This document shows positions 44,880-47,344 of a DNA stretch of 47,344 bases, in pieces. The stretch comes from a virus (Duplodnaviria; Caudoviricetes): positions 1 to 47,344 of the IMG/VR virus record IMGVR_UViG_3300037589_000201. One strand, 5' to 3'. Numbering within the stretch: the first letter of the stretch is position 1; every line of letters starts with the position of its first letter. A model generated the notes under the pieces. The model worked only from the letters and a program-made list of their open reading frames with translations, did not search any database and was not told the origin of the DNA. Both the position numbers and the translations under genes were made by a program.

Positions 44880-47087
44880 GTGAAGCGTGACGAGTACACG
44901 CTCGGCGACGACCTGCCGAAGAAAAGCCTTAGGGACGATCGGCTCGGCTATGCGCCCTTCGCAGAGCGATTGGCAAACGTTATTTTTAACATAAGTGTCC
45001 CGGACGGCTATGTCATCGGGCTCCATGGCAAGTGGGGTTCTGGCAAGACAACCGTTGTCAACTTTATCCTTGAGCACTTGAAAACACACAACGAGGAAAT
45101 CGAGGGAGAAACGAAAAAGATCGAGCACGTAGACTTTAGACCTTGGATCGTTTCCGGCCACCAGGATCTTATGGCCGCTTTCTTCAAGCTTCTGTCCGAA
45201 GAGTTGAAGCCAAAGGAAGGCAAGGTCAAGAAAGCGATCAAGTTTGGTATACGGACTGCCGCTGAAGGGTCTGACAAGCTCGTAGAAGCGGCCGCCAAAA
45301 TGGCATTGGCAATTGATCCAACTGGTGGCGTGGCGTCGGGAGTAGCCGGGAACTTCGGCAAGGCAACGCTCAAGTCGGTATTGAGAAGGTATCTCGAAAC
45401 TCCTAGCCTCGAGCAGGCCTACAACCACTTGAAAACTCAACTCGCTAATAGCGGTCGCCGTTTCGTCGTTACCGTGGACGACATTGATCGCCTTGAGGAC
45501 GAGGAAATCAAGTCGATCATGCAGATGGTTAAGACCGTCGGACGTCTGCCAAATGTCATCTACCTGCTCGTATACGACCGGGACATTGTCTACCAAGCCC
45601 TAGATGAAAAGGTTGATCGCGTAGGCCCTCGGTTCGCAGAGAAGATCGTGCAGCAGGAGGTGGAGCTACCTTTGCCGGACCGGAATGCGCTTCTCACGAT
45701 GCTCGATGAAGAAATTAAGTTCATCATCTCGAACGGCCAAGGCTCAACCAGATGGCAATACATCGTCCGAGACGGTGTGCAACGGTGGATCAACTCTCCG
45801 AGGGACGTGCTCAGATACTCTAACGCTCTGAAGTTCGCTTGGCCCGCGCTGAATGGCGAGTTCGACGCCCAGGATCTGGTCGCCGTTGAGGGGTTGCGGT
45901 TGTTCGATCCAATTGCTTTCGACTGGATCCGCAGAAACCGCGACTTCCTATTCAATCAGGGCCGTTACTTCATGGGAGCCGAGGACGAGCGGAAGGCAAA
46001 CGTTGAGGCCTTGAAGGCATCACTTCCGACGTCCACGGCTAGGCAGGCAGTTGACCTTCTCACGGTTCTTTTCCCCTCGCAGGGAAAATGGCTCGAAGAC
46101 GACGGATTTATGAACAGCGAAGACTACGTGGCGTCGCAAGCGCGGCGGGGCATAGCAAGCGAGGCCGGCTACGATACCTACTTTGCATTGCGCCCCAGCG
46201 TCGACGCGATCCCCAAATCAACTATCGACTTTGCCTTTGAGAATCTCAGCGATGAGAAGAAGCTGACGAATGTCCTTCGCACCTACATCGGTAAAAACAA
46301 CAGCCGTGGCCAAGCAATGATCGGCCTTTTTCTCAATGAGTTGAGGATCCGTTTCGGCGTCCATCCTCGACCGCAGCCGACTGAAGAACTGCTGAAGGCC
46401 GTACTGTCCATCGGCGAGGAAGTGTTACCCCTTCCGTGGCGTGGCGGAATGCTTGAGTTGGTGCCCGGCGGCACTCTACGGTTCCTAGTAAAGGATATTC
46501 TCGAGATTTGGGGTGAAGAAGAAGCCGGCAAGCGTCTAATGGCCGTCTATAAACAATCTAATTCAGCCTTCGTGCTCGCGGAAATCTATGTCGATCGCGG
46601 GAGAGAACTCGGCGTCTTCCCGAGTGAAAGTAGCCGTAGGCCTATCATTAAAAAGGATGACTTCGATGAGCTTGGTGCAATCCTAATATCTAAGATCCAA
46701 GCTGCGGTTGACGATGGGTCGCTGGTCAATGCCCCCTACTATTGGGACGTTGCGCGGTCGTGGAAACATTTGGGTGATCATGCCGCAGTTAAAGCGTGGC
46801 TAAGTCAAGGCATGGAAGCCGATGGTAAGTTCACGGCGAAAGTCATCAAAGGCATGGTAAGCCAGAGCTTCTCAGGCGACAGCATCCGTTATACCTACGG
46901 GAAAAACCCGGACGAAGAGCTATACGATACTGAAGAGATTTACAAAGCGGCGAAACGGCAATTCGAGACAGCGAAAGACCTGACCTCGGATGAGCGATCT
47001 CTCTTGAAGGCGTTGATAGAAGCGGTCGATCATGTTCGCGCCGGTAAGTCCTTGGAGAGCTTGGATGCAGATTATGATGATGAGTGA
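44880..47087 (+). CDS. KAP-family P-loop NTPase
   Basis: DRLG, GLHGKWGSGKTT, FRPW, VVTVDDIDRL, EKIVQ, SPRDVLR; more AT-rich than the prophage. Confidence 0.93.
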   Translation: MKRDEYTLGDDLPKKSLRDDRLGYAPFAERLANVIFNISVPDGYVIGLHGKWGSGKTTVVNFILEHLKTHNEEIEGETKKIEHVDFRPWIVSGHQDLMAAFFKLLSEELKPKEGKVKKAIKFGIRTAAEGSDKLVEAAAKMALAIDPTGGVASGVAGNFGKATLKSVLRRYLETPSLEQAYNHLKTQLANSGRRFVVTVDDIDRLEDEEIKSIMQMVKTVGRLPNVIYLLVYDRDIVYQALDEKVDRVGPRFAEKIVQQEVELPLPDRNALLTMLDEEIKFIISNGQGSTRWQYIVRDGVQRWINSPRDVLRYSNALKFAWPALNGEFDAQDLVAVEGLRLFDPIAFDWIRRNRDFLFNQGRYFMGAEDERKANVEALKASLPTSTARQAVDLLTVLFPSQGKWLEDDGFMNSEDYVASQARRGIASEAGYDTYFALRPSVDAIPKSTIDFAFENLSDEKKLTNVLRTYIGKNNSRGQAMIGLFLNELRIRFGVHPRPQPTEELLKAVLSIGEEVLPLPWRGGMLELVPGGTLRFLVKDILEIWGEEEAGKRLMAVYKQSNSAFVLAEIYVDRGRELGVFPSESSRRPIIKKDDFDELGAILISKIQAAVDDGSLVNAPYYWDVARSWKHLGDHAAVKAWLSQGMEADGKFTAKVIKGMVSQSFSGDSIRYTYGKNPDEELYDTEEIYKAAKRQFETAKDLTSDERSLLKALIEAVDHVRAGKSLESLDADYDDE

Positions 47088-47185
47088 TGTCTGTTTCGGG
47101 GGTAAAACTGCCGTTCCGAGAAGGCAATCGAAAAATATATGCAGGAACTGCAAGCGCGATAGAGCCTATCAAAGGCTTCAATCAC

Positions 47186-47344
47186 CTAGCTGGTGGCTAC
47201 CTTCTCCTCACCCATGACGTAGCCGCCGTCCTTGCGGATCGCCGGGAGCACCACGCGGGTCACCCAGTCCTGAAAGGCTTTCGCCTCCGGCTTGTCGGAC
47301 CGCATGACCAGCTTGTAGAGGCCGCTCTCGGAGATCAGCTTCAT
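47186..47344 (-). CDS. BRO-N (antirepressor-type) domain protein, 5' part probably outside window or remnant
   Basis: Minus strand MKLISESGLYKLVMRSDKPEAKAFQDWVTRVVLPAIRKDGGY. Confidence 0.85.
   Translation of the reverse strand: MKLISESGLYKLVMRSDKPEAKAFQDWVTRVVLPAIRKDGGYVMGEEKVATS

Overview
Positions 1 to ~44524 are a T7-like (Autographiviridae-type) phage genome in integrated, circularly permuted form. Gene order is single-subunit RNA polymerase, replication genes (SSB, endonuclease I, amidase, primase-helicase, PolA, gp5.7-like, exonuclease), virion genes, terminase, a ~1.3 kb non-coding genome-end region, early genes, a winged-helix regulator plus tyrosine integrase, and more small genes. 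It ends at the displaced 3' half of a tRNA-Leu(CAA) (44472-44524, attR-like). The other att site lies left of the window. Beyond it is a more AT-rich segment with integrase-arm-like repeats, a KAP-family P-loop NTPase and a BRO-N fragment, probably a second island at the same tRNA. The host is probably an alphaproteobacterium (inferred from promoter style and GC). Two signals are not explained by ordinary annotation. (1) A 19-bp bipartite motif, consensus AC(C/T)(C/A)TACCACA-N3-CACAC, occurs over 20 times, mostly at gene junctions, and is not a canonical T7 promoter; it is a candidate operator/stoperator network or a novel promoter. (2) A complete tRNA-Leu(CAA), the same isoacceptor as the integration target, with its own putative promoter, is nested antisense and in-frame inside a phage ORF (42836-42920). 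All product calls come from recognising motifs by eye; no database searches were run.
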